Of a DNA stretch of 64,000 bases, positions 25,352 through 40,975 are shown in pieces; the stretch's first letter is position 1, and every line of letters begins with the position of its first letter. Position numbers and translations under genes: made by a program. The notes below the pieces were generated by a model. It had not been told where the DNA came from. It made no database searches and was given only the letters and a program-made list of their open reading frames with translations. The stretch spans positions 192,324,001-192,388,000 of the forward strand of contig NC_042998.1 in NCBI RefSeq assembly GCF_006345805.1, written 5' to 3'. Origin of the DNA: Octopus sinensis (Eukaryota).

Positions 25352-25659
25352 TAAATAGTGTACGTAGATGGGTCATTGTTTATGTGCATGTTTCTGTGTA
25401 TGTTTCATTTTTGCCATAAAAGAATATATATTTATTTAGTCTACGGACTAAACTCAAAAACTTGCTTTCAAATTTAACCATAAAATTTCACTGGCATCGC
25501 TTTTGCAGTTGTTAAAGATACAAGTATTCCATGCCCATGTCCTCTCTTAAAATATTACTCTGATTGCCTAAACAAATAAATCAATTCCTTGTTTTGTAAT
25601 TTAATATTTTTGCTTTTATCTGCTCAGTTCTTTTTCTTTTTTACTTCACACACATTCAT

Positions 25660-26099
<440 letters not shown>

Positions 26100-27699
26100 A
26101 GAAAGAAGCACAACACAGACAGCAACTGAATAGAGAATCTTAATTTTGAAAACTAACGAAAATATTATGACAAGGAAAATCATTTGCTTTATATTTCGTC
26201 GACTGCAAAGCTTATGATAGAAAAAAAAAATCTTTCATTTTGAACAAAGACATATAAATGCTTACTTGAATCGATTTCACAGTACACAAAAATCAGAACT
26301 GATTGTAAATTTCAATACCAATAAATCATTATGTGTAGACTAAATTCAGTGATATAATCAAATGTATCACAGAGTACTCAAACAACTACTAAACGTGCTT
26401 GTTATCTCTATTCATATTCATGTTTACCTGAACGTATTCATAGTACACTTATTAACACAAAATTATTCAAAACATATTTTCTATTTCTATTTATTGATTG
26501 CATTTTTTTTTTTCGAATCTATATGAAATTATGATGATTTAGTTTGTTTTCCTTTTTCTCTCGAGAAAAATCACGTTGCTATGATTATTACAAAAGTAAA
26601 AATTATTTAAAGAACGTAATTAAACAGGTTTGGTAAAAAGAGATCGATTTTTCAAAAATATGTTTCCTAAAATTATTCCCTGTCCTCGCATTGAAGCAGA
26701 TATTCGCAAATGCTAGAAGGAAAGATAAATGGTACTAACACAGATAAACGAAAAATACTGGGGAAAAAATTCGTTAATTTTAATCTTTACCGAGTGGAAT
26801 ATTTGATATTAAGCTCCAGGCAAGGTCACTTTCTCTCCAGTTCGTATGTTATTTATATTTAGATATAGGAATTGACGTCGAGTAGAGTGAAGTTTCTAAG
26901 AAGCCTAGTTCACGACCAATTTTGAGTAGAATTTGTAGTGTTTTACGTTTCATGTGTCAATACTACTTTGAATAAGACGTGAATCACACAAAACCTTTCC
27001 CCAATACTTCTATGTTTCAGTATCGTTGCTGTTTTGTTTTTTTTGGGTTTTTTTTTTTTGATAAAATATTTCTTAGAAAATTAATGACATAAGTGATTTC
27101 ATTCGTTAATGAGTGCAAGTATGACTCCCTGAATAAAGTTTGCACTGCAACTACATGATTTCGAGTGTGATCACGCTTTGTGGAATATTACGCAAGTGTT
27201 TTCTGTCATAGCTTTTTGAATGAAATTTGGTTGATGAAGATTATTTGGAAACCCTTCAGAATTACCACTGTTCTTTGTTTTGGCTAGTAGACAATCTGTT
27301 ATCTATTTAAAACCTCCTCACTCGGTCTTTTGCGGATTTCCTTGGGATGATAATATTCTGCCCAAGTTTCTAGTCAAATTATAACTACCTCGCTCTTCGC
27401 TTCTTCTCACCAGTCTCTTTCGAAGTTACTTGTATAAAAAATAATTTATGGCATCAGATGAAATATTAACATATTAAGGCTATGTGCATAATTAGCTAAT
27501 TTCGTATTTTTCTACCCTGAATCCAAACCATGTTAATTCGAATTTGTCAACAATCTCTTTGAGGTTGTGAGATTCAATACTAGTTCAATGCTAGTCATTT
27601 ATAAACGTCGACAATACGAATAAATGTCAAATTTCCTACCTGGAGCCGATGCAAAAAAGTTATTAAATGCAGGAATGACTGTAGATCAGTACAAATTTA

Positions 27700-27888
27700 T
27701 AAGTGTGTGTTTGTGTGTCTGTGTTTCTCCCCCCAACATCGCTTGACAACCGATGCTGGTGTGTTTACACATGGTTCCGGGTTCAGTCCCACTGCGTGAC
27801 ACCTTGGGCGAGTGTCTTCTACTATAGCCTCGGGTCGACCAAAGCCTTGTGAGTGGATTTGGTAGACGGAAACTGAAAGAAGCCAATC

Positions 27889-27941
<53 letters not shown>

Positions 27942-28178
27942 TGTGTGTGTGTGTGTGTGTGTGTGTTTGTGTGTCTGTGTTTCTTCCCCCAACATCGCTT
28001 GACAACCGATGCTGGTGTGTTTACGTCCACATAACTTAACGGTTCGGCAAAAGAGTCCGATAGAATAAGTATTAGGCTTACAAAGAATAAGTCCTGGGGG
28101 ATCGATTTCCTCGACTAAAGGCAGTATTCCACCATGGCCGCAGTCAAATGACTGAAACAAGTAAAAGAGTAAAGAGAG
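27700..28178 (+). mobile_element. SINE family B (CORE-like central block, internal microsatellite) with a rearranged 5' end
   Basis: GGTTCAGTCCCACTGCGTGACACCTTGGGCGAGTGTCTT... The head is replaced by a copy of the internal segment, so about 27705-27766 repeats about 27960-28025. Confidence 0.85.
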
Positions 28179-29099
28179 TTATTAATACGCCTGGATATGT
28201 AATCAGAAATAAGGCAGCATAGCGCCGTCCATGTACTTTAAACTTAGGTACTTCATCTGCTTAAAACTTTGGCATCTAGGGTGGTGGATCTAAACTGTTA
28301 TCGTTCCCAGATATATATTAAGCATTCCACTTAAGAAAATATATCAATTACCATCCGACATTTTTGTGTTCCAACCACAAACAAAATAACTGGCAAATCG
28401 TTATGCTTTAGATAATTTGAAATTTTGTAGGAATCGTTTAATAGTTTAGTCATTGCTTATGGAATATTGGCTCTATAAACGCTTTTTATACTATAAAGTT
28501 TTCTTTTTTATATAATAATATTTAACTTATTTTTATTTATTATTCATAGGTGGATATTTCTCTCATTGGATTTACATTTAGAAGAGGAATTACTTAACTA
28601 CCTTCAAAGAGTATAAGGTAAAAAATATTTTCTTTATGCCTTCTTTGACATGATAATTTTGAAACTTTCCAACAGCAAGGAGAATTTCAAGTAGTCATCT
28701 GAGCGATAATATTCGCAATATATATGATTTTGTCACTTACGATGCGGAGTAGCAGTCTTGTTCTTCTCCGGGATCTCCCACACTTGTAAGCACAATAAAG
28801 TTGATGTTTCACTTTCCGCAGGAATCCTCTACATGAATACTTGATCTAATAGAAATAGCGCTAAAACCCCTTCAAGTCACAGTTGTCTGCTTAGATAATG
28901 ACAGGCCGAAAAATAGATAAAATAGTTCTAGTTAACCCCTGACAGGACAGGATGTTGAAATTTGCAATATATTTTATCATATGTCTGACCAGGTTTAATC
29001 AAAGGTTACACAATACGACAGCAACGACGAATATACAGTTGAGCTAAGATCTGTTTGAAGAGAAATATTTGAGTGCTTTCCCAATATTTTTCAGATGCT

Positions 29100-30000
29100 A
29101 TCCATCACAGTGTTTGGTTTTATTTAACGGCATTTGAACTGGTAAAAATGGGTAAATTCGTTTTTTCTTTCTTGGCAGAAAGTACTCTTCGTCTTTATTT
29201 TAATTAACAACGCAATATGAATGGGTGTAATTATGATGATGGCAGGCGTCACCCGATTAGATGTCTCAGGTGTGTTGAAGAAAAGGAATTGCTGATGAGA
29301 AACTGATAGAATGTTTGGATTCAAGAATATGAGAATATTGGATAAAGGATTTTGATTTTGCAATAACAAGATTCTCTGATGAGAAGAGATGTATGTAAAA
29401 GCTGGTATAAAGGAGAAAGATAGTCCAAGAGTGTCTGGACTTTCGATATTTCGGTCACTTTCCGGGTAGTTAGGGTATTAACGACTGTAGATCAATACAA
29501 CTTGATGGTGTTTCAGCTATTGGATCATCAGCATTGGTGTGAGTGTGGGGGAGAGCCAAAGAGATGCCATGCATTTAAGTCAACGAGAGTAACATCGTCT
29601 GAGAAAAGGCGGGGACAGAGACAGCTAAAACAGCATGCCTACTGGGGGAGTAGCAAATCATTAGATTTTTCTAAGAGAAATGATGCAGAAAAAAATAATA
29701 ACCAGAATAATTGAAAGATATGTGAGATGGCTGAGAGACATGTAGAATATTTTTAACGTAATCTCGAACACTAGTACTTTTAAAGCAATGGAGAATGTAA
29801 CATGACCTGTACACATTGATTAATGGCAGAGGATCGGAAAATATAAAAACTCATATTTTACGCCCGTCGGAACTGCCGGGAAGAATCTAGGTCGAATCAA
29901 AGATGTAGTAGAGAAAGAATTGATCAACAGATTATTTCTCGCTAAATATTTTTTTGAAGTTGTTAAACCACATAGATTTATTTTTTCCGCAAAACTTGAT
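29100..30000 (-). mobile_element. Very degenerate L2/CR1-like RT fragment
   Basis: Faint PQG...LSP.LF and HTNADD (YADD-like) remnants on the minus strand near 29530-29650. Confidence 0.3.
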
Positions 30001-31256
30001 GTCTGAAACTACCAGAATGATAAGGAATGGTGTGACCGTCTCAGGCATTTTATACTGAAAGTATAGTCTTATTATTTTTAGATACAGCAGTGAATTTGCC
30101 CTATTCTTGATTACGAATGCTTGAAAGAGAATAAATGCGTTATTACTTTTTTTAGTGAGAGTAACACAGAAATTTTAAACGTAAAGAAATTTTAGGTTGC
30201 CATATTGAAGTCTTTACCAAAAACGGAAGGGACGTAAAAGATATGCAATGATTCTAAACAATAAAATTGTTTCGCATTCGGGACTCCCTGGATGATTACA
30301 TTTTCTTCGAAGCAATTTTTCATAAATATATGAAATTATCGAAAACACAAAATCATTATTGAATTTTGAAGCTTTTTGGTTGTTTTTCTGGGGAATAAAA
30401 AAAGAACAGTATTTCCAATACAATAGTTTGTTAATTGTTAGATAGTAGTTTGAATTTTTGTTGCTGTAATTCCCATAAGACACAATTTAAAAGAAAGAAA
30501 AGCAATTCCAACAAATTCTTTGAAATATTCAAGAAATATATTTAGAAATATCTGCGAAATAATATATTTAGAACAATTATCAAATATCTTATTAATATCT
30601 TTATCTTTATTTTTATTCGACATTACAAAGAAGAATCCTGATAAAATTATCCAATTCTAAATAAAGTACACATCTTTATATCTCAGTTCAAAATGAGAAA
30701 AAGCACTTTGTAGAATTACTAGATTTATATATTATTGATTTTGTCCGAGATAAATAACTGAGAACGATAAAAGTGTCAGCAAGATGTGACAGACAATTAA
30801 AGTTTTCCATTTCTGTGGTCAGGCTTCGCTGTTTAGACTTATGTGTGTGGGAGAAATTATGTTTGTATATGTAAGTTTTGTCTGCTACTTGTGTATGTGT
30901 GTGTGTGTGTGTGTTTGTTCTATTGATAAATTATCCTTTTATTTATTAACGATTGGACCTTCTAATGATATCCCAGGCTACTTCCTGTGTTATTTTCTCT
31001 CTCTTTCTCACAGACACATGCATACAGACATACACACACACACACTACACTCACAATATACCACACACGTAGCAGAAATTCCACATGTGATCACACACAT
31101 GCATATGTAAGAATATATGTAGGTAGGTAGGTATGTATACTTGTATGTACGTATATTAGCATCTAGCTAAATATGTATGTTTGTACGTAGGTATTCCAAT
31201 AATATATATGAGTGTGTATGTATGTATGTATTTATGTATGTATGTATGTATGTATG

Positions 31257-31315
<59 letters not shown>

Positions 31316-32538
31316 GTATATTGTGTCTACTGATCTAAACTGCCAGAACCACAAATGTTGAGTTGGTAGTAGACAACAAAATTTGTGATCAAAATAATTT
31401 GATGATTTAATTTTATAAATATATTAACGGCGATGTATGCGAGACACAATGAGACCGATATACTTTTTATCAAATAGCAGAAATTTGCACCACCTCCCCA
31501 ATATTTCTCTATTTCTATCTCTCTCTACTTTTCTCTCTTTGAGCTTAAATACAGAGTTTCAAGAACCGATGGTTTTGACACAAAGGAATATCAGCATTTC
31601 AATATTGCCTTACTGATTTTCAATTTACAGTTTACAAAAAATAGAAAAACATTTTAATTGAAAATTGTGAAATCATATGAAAACGCTTTTATTTTTGTAA
31701 TATTTTGAAGATATTTTCTCGTTATTTTCATAAATCTGATTAGTCTCTTGGCGAAGAATTTCTGAAGAATGCTTGTATTTTGTGCCTGATGTCCAAGTTA
31801 TTCTATGTAAACGCAGACAATAATTCTACAGTCGGTCTACAAATTTTTATCTAATCGTCTTGCAGTCCAATTTATGTTTCTCGCATCACATAATTTAAGA
31901 ATTTCCTGTTCTTTTGACTGCCAATATTCATTATATCTAACATACCTTCTACGCTATATATATATATATTTCAGTTCCTTCAACAGCAAGTTGAAAGTAT
32001 CAATAAATACTTTTGAACAAATTTTCTGATTATATTTCCTGAACATTCCAGCAGAGAAACAAAAAAGTCAGTTGTATTAAATGCTATTTAATATACCTAC
32101 TATACTAAGGAGACAGTAAGTTACTTGAAAAGCTAATTGACATCAGAAATATTTTATAGTTAGTGTTTCAAAGTTTAAGTTTGAAGATAACCCATGGGTT
32201 GTATTGCCTTCTCCCATCTCTTTACCAATCTTGGAGACCTTCGAAGCGTATGAAAGCCGTTCCTCTCTGACGAACTTATGAAACTAAAGAATCTTTTATG
32301 ATCAAATTCAAACTCTGCCTAACAACGAAATCCATTCGTCATGCAGGAGTGTTATTACTGTTGCTTATATTTTGCTTACAGTGGAATTAGATTCAAGAGT
32401 CAGGTCATATCACCAGTTTGTTAGTAACGTTCTATACTGTTTTCGCTTGATGATCAAGTATATCAATTATAGTTGCACCATGACTACAGTTGTGAATAAG
32501 CACCAAACTTCTTACCACACAGCCATACACTCACGCAT

Positions 32539-32539
<1 letters not shown>

Positions 32540-32596
<57 letters not shown>

Positions 32597-32711
32597 TATA
32601 TAATACATATATATATAATATATATCTATATATATATATATAATACATATATATATAATATATATCTATACTATATATATAATATATATATATGTATATA
32701 TATAGAGAGAG

Positions 32712-32770
<59 letters not shown>

Positions 32771-32771
32771 C

Positions 32772-32867
<96 letters not shown>

Positions 32868-32868
32868 G
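32540..32868. repeat. (TA)n-(GA)n-(GATA)n microsatellite
   Basis: Directly visible. Confidence 0.95.
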
Positions 32869-33030
32869 GATTCAGATGAATATGGTACTTAAGTTAAAGG
32901 CACCAGAATTTTGTTTGGTATTATCCATATAAATCAAATGGGGTGATTATAATCAAAATAAGCAACAAGGATATCCAAGGTAGTGTAGTACAATTGTTTT
33001 CATGCTACTTCATTGGATATCCTTGCTGCT

Positions 33031-33097
<67 letters not shown>

Positions 33098-34624
33098 CAT
33101 ACTTACACTCATACATACGCATATACATGCAAACATATACATATGCATGTATGTATGTATGTATGTATGTATGTATGTATGTATGTAGCTACGTATTATG
33201 TATGTATATATGTTTTACGTGAACGATGTCTTGAAAAGAAAAGAGTACAATATTTTATTTCGTATATATTTACATACACGTGTGTACATGTATGAAATTA
33301 TTGAAGAAAATATTATTTACGATAAAAATTTGTACAACGGCTTCGGAGTAAAACCTTTCACTACAGGTCGCCTGTTTTTAACGTCTCTGACCATCACTCA
33401 CTGTTACTCCGTTGGCTGTTTTCGTTTCTCTCAACCAGCATGATCACCAGGACACAAATTGTCTTTTATCATATGTAAGATTATTCTGAACTAATTAGAA
33501 ATAACACTGCAAGTCATGTGGTATGTCATTGATCGATAAAATAAATACCCACTAATATCAGTTGATATTTTTTTTATTGAAAGACACTTTCACGGGAACT
33601 TTACGGATCTAATTTAAAAGCAAAGTTTACTATGGAGGAAACTATATTTTACATTCTACTTTATTTGTTACTAAATTCTTTCGAGATATGTTAAGACACT
33701 ATGCGTCATTCTTTTATTTAACTCAACGTTCCTGGTTTAAATGCCATAAAGATATGAATACATATTGGTATTCGTATTTTGAAAGTCGGCCATACCATAT
33801 GTTATTTTTTTCCAAATTGATATTTTTTATTTCTTTTCTGCGGTATTGGAAAGTCATAGTGATATTTACAAACTTGACGTATTATATGGCGTGCTTTCAA
33901 ACATTAATAGCAAGAGAAGATAATCAGTAGTGAAGAAGTAAATAAACCATTTCAAGTGTTTAAAATCTCAATAAAATACTGCTGCCATGTCTACTGCAGT
34001 CAGAAAGGATGAGAGTAAATTTCAAATCTCAGTGTGTCACTGACTAATATGAATAGACTTAATTAACAAACAAAACCCCTTTTTTTCTAAGTACAGTTTT
34101 TGTAAGGTTAACGCTACATTCAATATACTTATAAAAAAATTTGTTCTCAGCGATAATGCTATTTCCAAGAGTTCATGACCTCTGCTTTATATTCTTATTA
34201 ACACAAACCTTTGTGTTTTATTCCATTATTTATGGCAACCAAGATTCACTGTAAGACAGCTTTTTTTTTTTTCAGCAATAGATCTATAACAATAGGATAT
34301 CTGGAAGATATCTATTGAATAAAATTATTTAAGCGCTTTATATTAAGAACTGAAAAAAAGTCATTATTTCTTAGATTAATAAAAGCTGTAACTGAGAATG
34401 TCACCCAAAAAAAAACGGTATTTGTTTTCGAATTTCTATTCATGAAGTTAAGACTGTTTTTCCCTCTCATTAAGAAGTTATATCTTCAATATGGAACGAA
34501 AATTTCTTAAATGAAACTCACCATCATATTATATGGCACGCTTTCTTTTGCTTCTTAACTGCTAAAACCATATGTACACGCGTGCGTTAGTATAAGTGTG
34601 CCCTACACATGCATGTGTATATAT

Positions 34625-35065
34625 ATTTCCTTACTACCCACAAGGGGCTAAACACAGAGGGTACAAACATGGACAAACAAAGGGATTAAGTCAATTACAT
34701 CGACCCCAGTGCGTAACCGGTACTTAATTTATCGACCTCGAAAGGATGAAAGGCAAAGTCGACCTCGGTGGAATTTGAACTCGGAACGTAACGACAGAGA
34801 AAATACGGCTACGCATTTCGCCCGCCTTTTCATGCATTTGTAAATAGATATATATTTCTTTACTACCCACAAGGGGCTAAACACAGAGAAAACAAACAAG
34901 GATAGACAAACGGATTAAGTCGATTACATCGACCCCAGTGCGCAACTGGTACTTAATTTATCGACCTCGAAAGGATGAAAGGCAAAGTCGACCTCGGCGG
35001 AATTTGAACTCGGAACGTAACGACAGACGAAATACGGCTACGCATTTCACCCGCCTTTTCATGCA
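34625..35065 (-). mobile_element. Tandem pair of 5'-truncated family A SINEs (period ~232 bp)
   Basis: Both units end in ...CGCATTTC(G/A)CCCGCCTTTTCATGCATTTGTA on the plus strand. Confidence 0.85.
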
Positions 35066-35574
35066 TTTGTATATAGATATAATGATGGACATGATAATGG
35101 CAAAGGAAAATGCTAATCACTTTGATAAATAAATATGGGATCATCAGACACCCTAGAAATCACAACACACAGAAACATGTGTGCATGCGATTGTGTGTGT
35201 ACGTGTATACGTGTGTTTGCGTCTGGGGTGCGCACGCGCGATGTTGCCTTGTGGTTGTCTAGGCTGTCAGTAAAGTCTGTTAAATATAACCCTATATTAC
35301 CGCACATGTATTACTATATTTTGCTTTTTTTTCTTTAATGTGAGACAGGTAAGCGTGGGACCACATTCCTGTGAGTGTATAGACTCGGGTCTATTTTGGT
35401 TTGAGAGAGTATATGGGTATATGTGTGCGTGCACACGTGTATGAGTGCGAAAATAAGTGTGTGGCTTAGAATTTCGCTTCACCACTACTTGCTCCAAGAC
35501 TGATCCCCCTGCATGGCACTTTTTAACATAAGTCTTCTACCATATACTTGGTGTGACCAATAACTTGTGGGAAA

Positions 35575-35760
35575 TAAGGCGAAACGTTAGCACGCCGGGC
35601 GAAATGTTTAACGGTATTTCGTCTGTCTTTACGTTCTGAGTTCAAATTCCGCCGCGGTCGACTTTACCTTTCGTCCTTTCGAGGTCGATAAATTAAGTAC
35701 CAGTTATGTACTGGAGCCGATCTAATCGACTGGCCCACTTCAGGCTCTGTGCCTAGACTA
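35575..35760 (+). mobile_element. Family A SINE (tail-B type)
   Basis: CGTTAGCACGCCGGGCGAAATG...GAGTTCAAATTCCGCCG...TAAGTACCAG. Confidence 0.8.
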
Positions 35761-37364
35761 CAAAAAAAAATAATAACTTGTGGGAAGAATTCGGTGGCAC
35801 AATACATTACATTAAGTCTTATCGCGGTATTTTTCACTAAAATGCTGAAATAAATATCCATATGAATTATGAACTAAACGTGGCACTGACATTGAGTCTC
35901 TACAATAAACGAATAATCGGTGAGAATCATATTCTGATACCAGTTATAAAGATGTTGTAATTTTTGCAGCTGTTCTGCAAACTGGTAAGTGGGATGTGAT
36001 TCATGTTCAATTTGGTTTCTGCAACGATAACATTGACGTCATATTCAACAGAAGAACTGTGGGTGTTTAATACTAAGCTTTGTTGATAAGATGCAGCACG
36101 ATTGGCAAATAGATGAGAGATGAGTGTGTAAGATGGAGCTGAATGAAGACTAGTTCAACAGATCAGAGGCTGTGGTAATAACGAGACAAGAGAGTGGGAA
36201 TTATAAGTTGAAGCCTATTTGAGCGAGTGGTTGTTTCATGTAGATAAATTAATGTTTACCAGTGAGACGAATGATTTTCTTTTGAATGTGGCCAAGACTA
36301 TTAATGTGTAAATTCGAATCCATTCCATATATGTAATAAATACTTCAATACGGATCCCACTTAAATTTTGTTGAATACCAGCAACCTATGAAGTATAAAA
36401 CAGTTTTGGTCCTGAAGAGGAGGAAACTGATGAAATATGAAACATTTTCTGGTCCTGAAAAGGAGACTTGGTGCTTGGCACGCAATTTTGGTGATGCTAT
36501 AGAGCACCACTTAAAGACAATTAGAGGATATATTGTTTCTCATACGAGTAAAGCAACCGAAAGGCCAGTAAATTTCCTTTGTGTAAGGACATAAACCGCT
36601 ATGTGTCATTTTCAAAATCCCAACCGGCCCGTTTTCTACTACCCACCACTGCTTATACCATACTCTACGATTCTAAATAAAATGCACACAGAATAATTAA
36701 ATTCTAGTTATATACCTACAAATGTACAAAGAATGAAATGATTATGGTTGAAATGCCAATATAGATTTATATATATTCTGAACACACCAAGGGCTAAAAA
36801 TCATCAATAATATACTCGCTAAGGAGACGCTCTTCTCTTTCGCTCCAACTCAACACTGGATTTTGTAATACTGAGATTTCTGTGGTGTGATACAGTAAGA
36901 GTGAAAGATGGATGCGAGACGAGTGTGTAAGATAGAGCAATTCATAAATAATAAAGTTAACTGCTCTGATTCTGTCGACTTCGTTACAACGTCTTCAATT
37001 TCTCAACGTCTGAAAAGTTATAGAAACAACCGGAAAACAAATCATCTACTTCATTATTATGAGTCCTTTTCAACAATCAGAGAACAAGATCTACCAAAAC
37101 CTTGCTCCCCTACATTACACATTAGACATAAAGGCAATGCTGTTTTAAACATAAGGAGAGCCTTCAATGTGTCTAACACGAAACACGACTCGATAATCTA
37201 CCCCATCTGTTAGTCATTCTCGAAATCAGACATTTTCTGTCACAATATTCTGTTGTAGTGAACACTATGTTCACTTCCATCAAACTTCACTCAACTCCAG
37301 TATGCTTTTATGTTCCCCTCAGCTATGCCGCTCACTCTTTCCTTCATATTAATAACTTAAATAC

Positions 37365-37772
37365 TCTTTACTCTTTTTCTTGCTTCCGTCATTTGACTGT
37401 GGCCATGTTGGAGCACCGCCTTTAGTCGAGCAAATCGACTCCCAGGACTTATTCTTTGTAAGACCAGTACTTATCCCATCGGTCTCTTTTGCTGAACCGC
37501 TAAGTTAAGGGGACGTAAACACAGTAGCATTGGTTGGCAAGCGATGTTGGGGCGGGGGGAACGCAGACACACAAACATATAGACACACATACATATATAT
37601 ACATACACGACATATACGACAGGCTTCTTTCAGTTTCCGTCTGCCAAATCCACTCACTAGGCTTTGGTCGGACCGAGGCTATAGTAGAAGACACTTGCCC
37701 AAAGTGCCACGCACTGGGACTGAACCCGGAACTATGGGGTTGGTAAGCAAGCTACTTACCACACAGCCGCTC
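37365..37772 (-). mobile_element. SINE family B, full length
   Basis: The minus-strand head GGAGCGGCTGTGTGGTAAGTAGCTTGCTTACC...GGTTCAGTCCC carries A/B boxes; the tail is GAAGCAAGAAAAAGAGTAAAAGAG. Confidence 0.9.
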
Positions 37773-37959
37773 CTATTTCTAATCACATATAACACAAGGA
37801 GAATGATTTCGCCTTCCCTCCTGTTTAACCTACCAGTAACAGTTGTCCTCTTTTTGCATTCTAGACACCTGATGTTAGATGTACACAAACCAATAGAGAC
37901 ATAGTAGAGTGTTCTCCATACCACAAATATACAACTGTTAAAGGTAACTAGGAAACAGT

Positions 37960-38376
37960 GAAGGCGGCGAGCGGGCAGAAGCGATAGCACGCCGGACGAA
38001 ATGCGTAGCAGTATTTCGACTGCCGTTACGTTCTGAGTTCAAATTCCACTGAGGTCGACTTTGCCTTTCGTACTTTCAGGGTCGATAAATTAAGTATCAG
38101 TTACGCACTGGAGTCAATGTAATCGACTTAATCCGTTTGTCTGTCCTTGTTTGTCCTCTCTGTGTTTAGCCCCTTGTGGCTAGTAAAGAAATAGGTATTT
38201 TGTCTGCCGTTATGTTCTGAGTTCAAATTCCGCCGAGGTCGACTTTGCCTTTCGTACTTTCAGGGTCGATAAATTAAGTACCAGTTACGCACTGGAGTCA
38301 ATGTAATCGACTTAATCCGTTTGTCTGTCCTTGTTCGTCCTCTCTGTGTTTGGCCCCTTGTGGGTAGTAAAGAAAT
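37960..38376 (+). mobile_element. Family A SINE dimer with 18-bp TSD
   Basis: TSD AGGTAACTAGGAAACAGT at 37942-37959 and 38377-38394. The second unit restarts at GGTATTT. Confidence 0.92.
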
Positions 38377-40624
38377 AGGTAACTAGGAAACAGTCTTCTA
38401 TCTCACTGAAAAAATGCTCGCACATTTCGTATACTACTTTTACTACACTCATATTATACCCCAATGAGAATCCATTTGACTAACTGAAAAGTAGTCTCTA
38501 ACTCGCCACATCCGTTATGCCACAGACTCACCACTCTGTCTCGTTTTCCCCAGTAATGCTACAACAAGGGCATCTGCTCCATTAAACTGACAAAATATCT
38601 GTATCATTTATCCTGTCCCACCTTGAGGGCTCTACATTAAATACTTTGGCTAACACACCCGCTCTTTATTAGAAACCATCTACTTGTGAAATTTTGTGGA
38701 TGTGTCGTCTTGGAAAATTTACAATTGATAGTCAACTGCAACAACGATCTTACCACATTGTAGAAGAGATCGTTTCAAAGGTCATGAGCATGTCCCTTCT
38801 TCTCTCCCTCAGTAAACAAACAAAAATAAATGACGTGGAAACACTCAATTCTTAACGAAAACTAAGTATATAATTTATATGTATGATATCTTCTCTTATG
38901 AATCTGAAGTAGTTTTCCACTATGTGAATGCGCGTGTATATACATATATATATAATGTGTGTGTATGTGCCCTCGCATATAGAATTTACACAAGTATCTT
39001 GATTAATGCATATATGCATTAATCGTTGTGGATGTCTGTGTATATACGTGGGAATACTGAAAGGGTGAGACAAATATTTATATACACAAACAAGAGTGTG
39101 TATGTGTAAGTGAAGTAGCGGATGCATGTGAATGTATGTGAAGGAGCATGTGTGGGTGTGTATGTGTGTGTGTATGTGTGGCTAGATGAGTATGTATATA
39201 TGTATCTAGGCATATATGTTTATATGTTGATATCCTGATGTGCCTTATACATACGTCTTAAGTATGATGTGATTGTTTACACGCCCCTGTCTTGAAATCT
39301 ATCATATATCAGCATGTAGTTCTACTTTAAAATATCTTGTTGAGAATCTATGCGACTATCTTTAAATCTATTTTTGAAGTTCTTTGCGATCAGATACGCA
39401 TCACTGGCCATTCTACTCTCGCTGCCTGTTAAAAGAAATACATAGTCTCACACATGGATGCTTATCAAAGATTCACTACTGTCAGAATACGCTCTATTTC
39501 TCACTTATCTTCTTTGGAGATTATGCTAGACATGGCTGCCCGACCAACTGATGCTAGGAAGGTGTAAGCTTGTGTATACACGTCAGTCTGCAACAAAGAA
39601 AATAAAAACTGATCGAGAAATGCGCATGCTAGTCTATACGTTAGTAGAACTGACTACTATAAATCGAGAACAGAAGTTATAAGAAAAATTGCCGTTCAAG
39701 GGAAACAGCCAAAAAATAATTATTACAATGAGAATAGCTTCTTAGAATTTACTCTGCAAAAATACATGCATTCGTTCCTTTTCAATGTAACATCCGACTT
39801 TCTCATTTTTCTTGTCACGTTCAGAAGGTATAAAATTCGAGTTTCCTATATTTATGGCAGTGATTATAGCGTTTTGTATAAGTTAGATACCTTGTGGTAG
39901 AGTCTATCAATTATTTCAGCTTTCTGGAAATCAATTTTGTGTTACATATCTAAAGTGCATAAGTTTGGACAGATAGCAAAATAATCAATGCAACTGTGAT
40001 TTCACTTTTATTCAGCTCCATTTGATATCAATATTATATTATCTATACACATACTTACATCAGTTTCAATTGAAGATATGCAAATTCTTGAATGACTCTT
40101 GTTTAAGGAGTGTACCAGGCTGGGATGTTATGTCTATAGTTACTAAACTAGTATATTGAACTACTAACGCTTTACCAGTATATACATTTACATAGCAAAC
40201 AACCTATTTCTGTTTTGCATGATGGTGTTCTTTAGCGCAATGTAGACATGTTGATTGTTAAGTAATTTTGATAAGGAAACAAACTGACTCTACAGAATAA
40301 ACGTATTAACGTGACTCCTAAGGTCAGTAATAATACAATTAGTAAACAAATTTTCTTTGCTAACAATTAACAATGGACTAATCAATGATCATATACTGTT
40401 CATTGTGGAAAACATTGATCACGAATTGAACTCATTACTATTAGACGAACCTCTGACTCAGAAATTCTTTAAACCTATGAACATGAGAATGATATGTGCT
40501 AAACCTTTAAATCACTGGGAAATTCAGGTTCTGAAGTTCAATTCTGTTATAATGTGGATCCTCGTCCACTTGTATGTTATTGTCGGCACTGTAATATTCT
40601 TATCGCCACTATTAAGTTATGGCG

Positions 40625-40812
40625 AGTATTTCGTCTGCCACTACGTTCTGAGTTCAAATTCCGCCGAGGTCGACTTTGCCTTTCATCCTTTCGGGGTCGA
40701 TAAATTAAGTACCAGTTACGCACTGGGGTCGATGTAATCGACTTAATACCTATGTCTGTCCTTGTTTGTCCCTTCTATGTTTAGCTCCTTGTGGGTAATA
40801 AAAAATAGGTAT
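40625..40812 (+). mobile_element. 5'-truncated family A SINE
   Basis: Starts at GTATTTCGTCTGCC and ends in AATAAAAAATAGGTATT. Confidence 0.85.
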
Positions 40813-40975
40813 TCCGCGTCGTATTATCTTTGACTCGTCTATCGTACCATTGCTGATAGCTCCGCAAGACAATGACTTTGGAACGTCTACCTTGGCGGTA
40901 ACTCGAACTCGTATGTATCACGTAACTGATACTAACTCCAAATGGGAACTCGTACAACGACTCAACTACTTCTGA

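Noticed and set aside
28550-28616. Plus-strand exon-like segment VDISLIGFTLEEELLNYLQRV*
   Set aside because: Stops occur in all frames before the better donor; it is isolated and short.
31700-32060. Protein-like minus-strand frame (KVFIDTFNLLLKELK...RRRYVRYNEYWQSKEQEIL) with in-frame TAG codons, suggesting read-through by editing
   Set aside because: There are multiple stops, one of them in a TA microsatellite, no homologue is recognised, and nothing supports UAG recoding.
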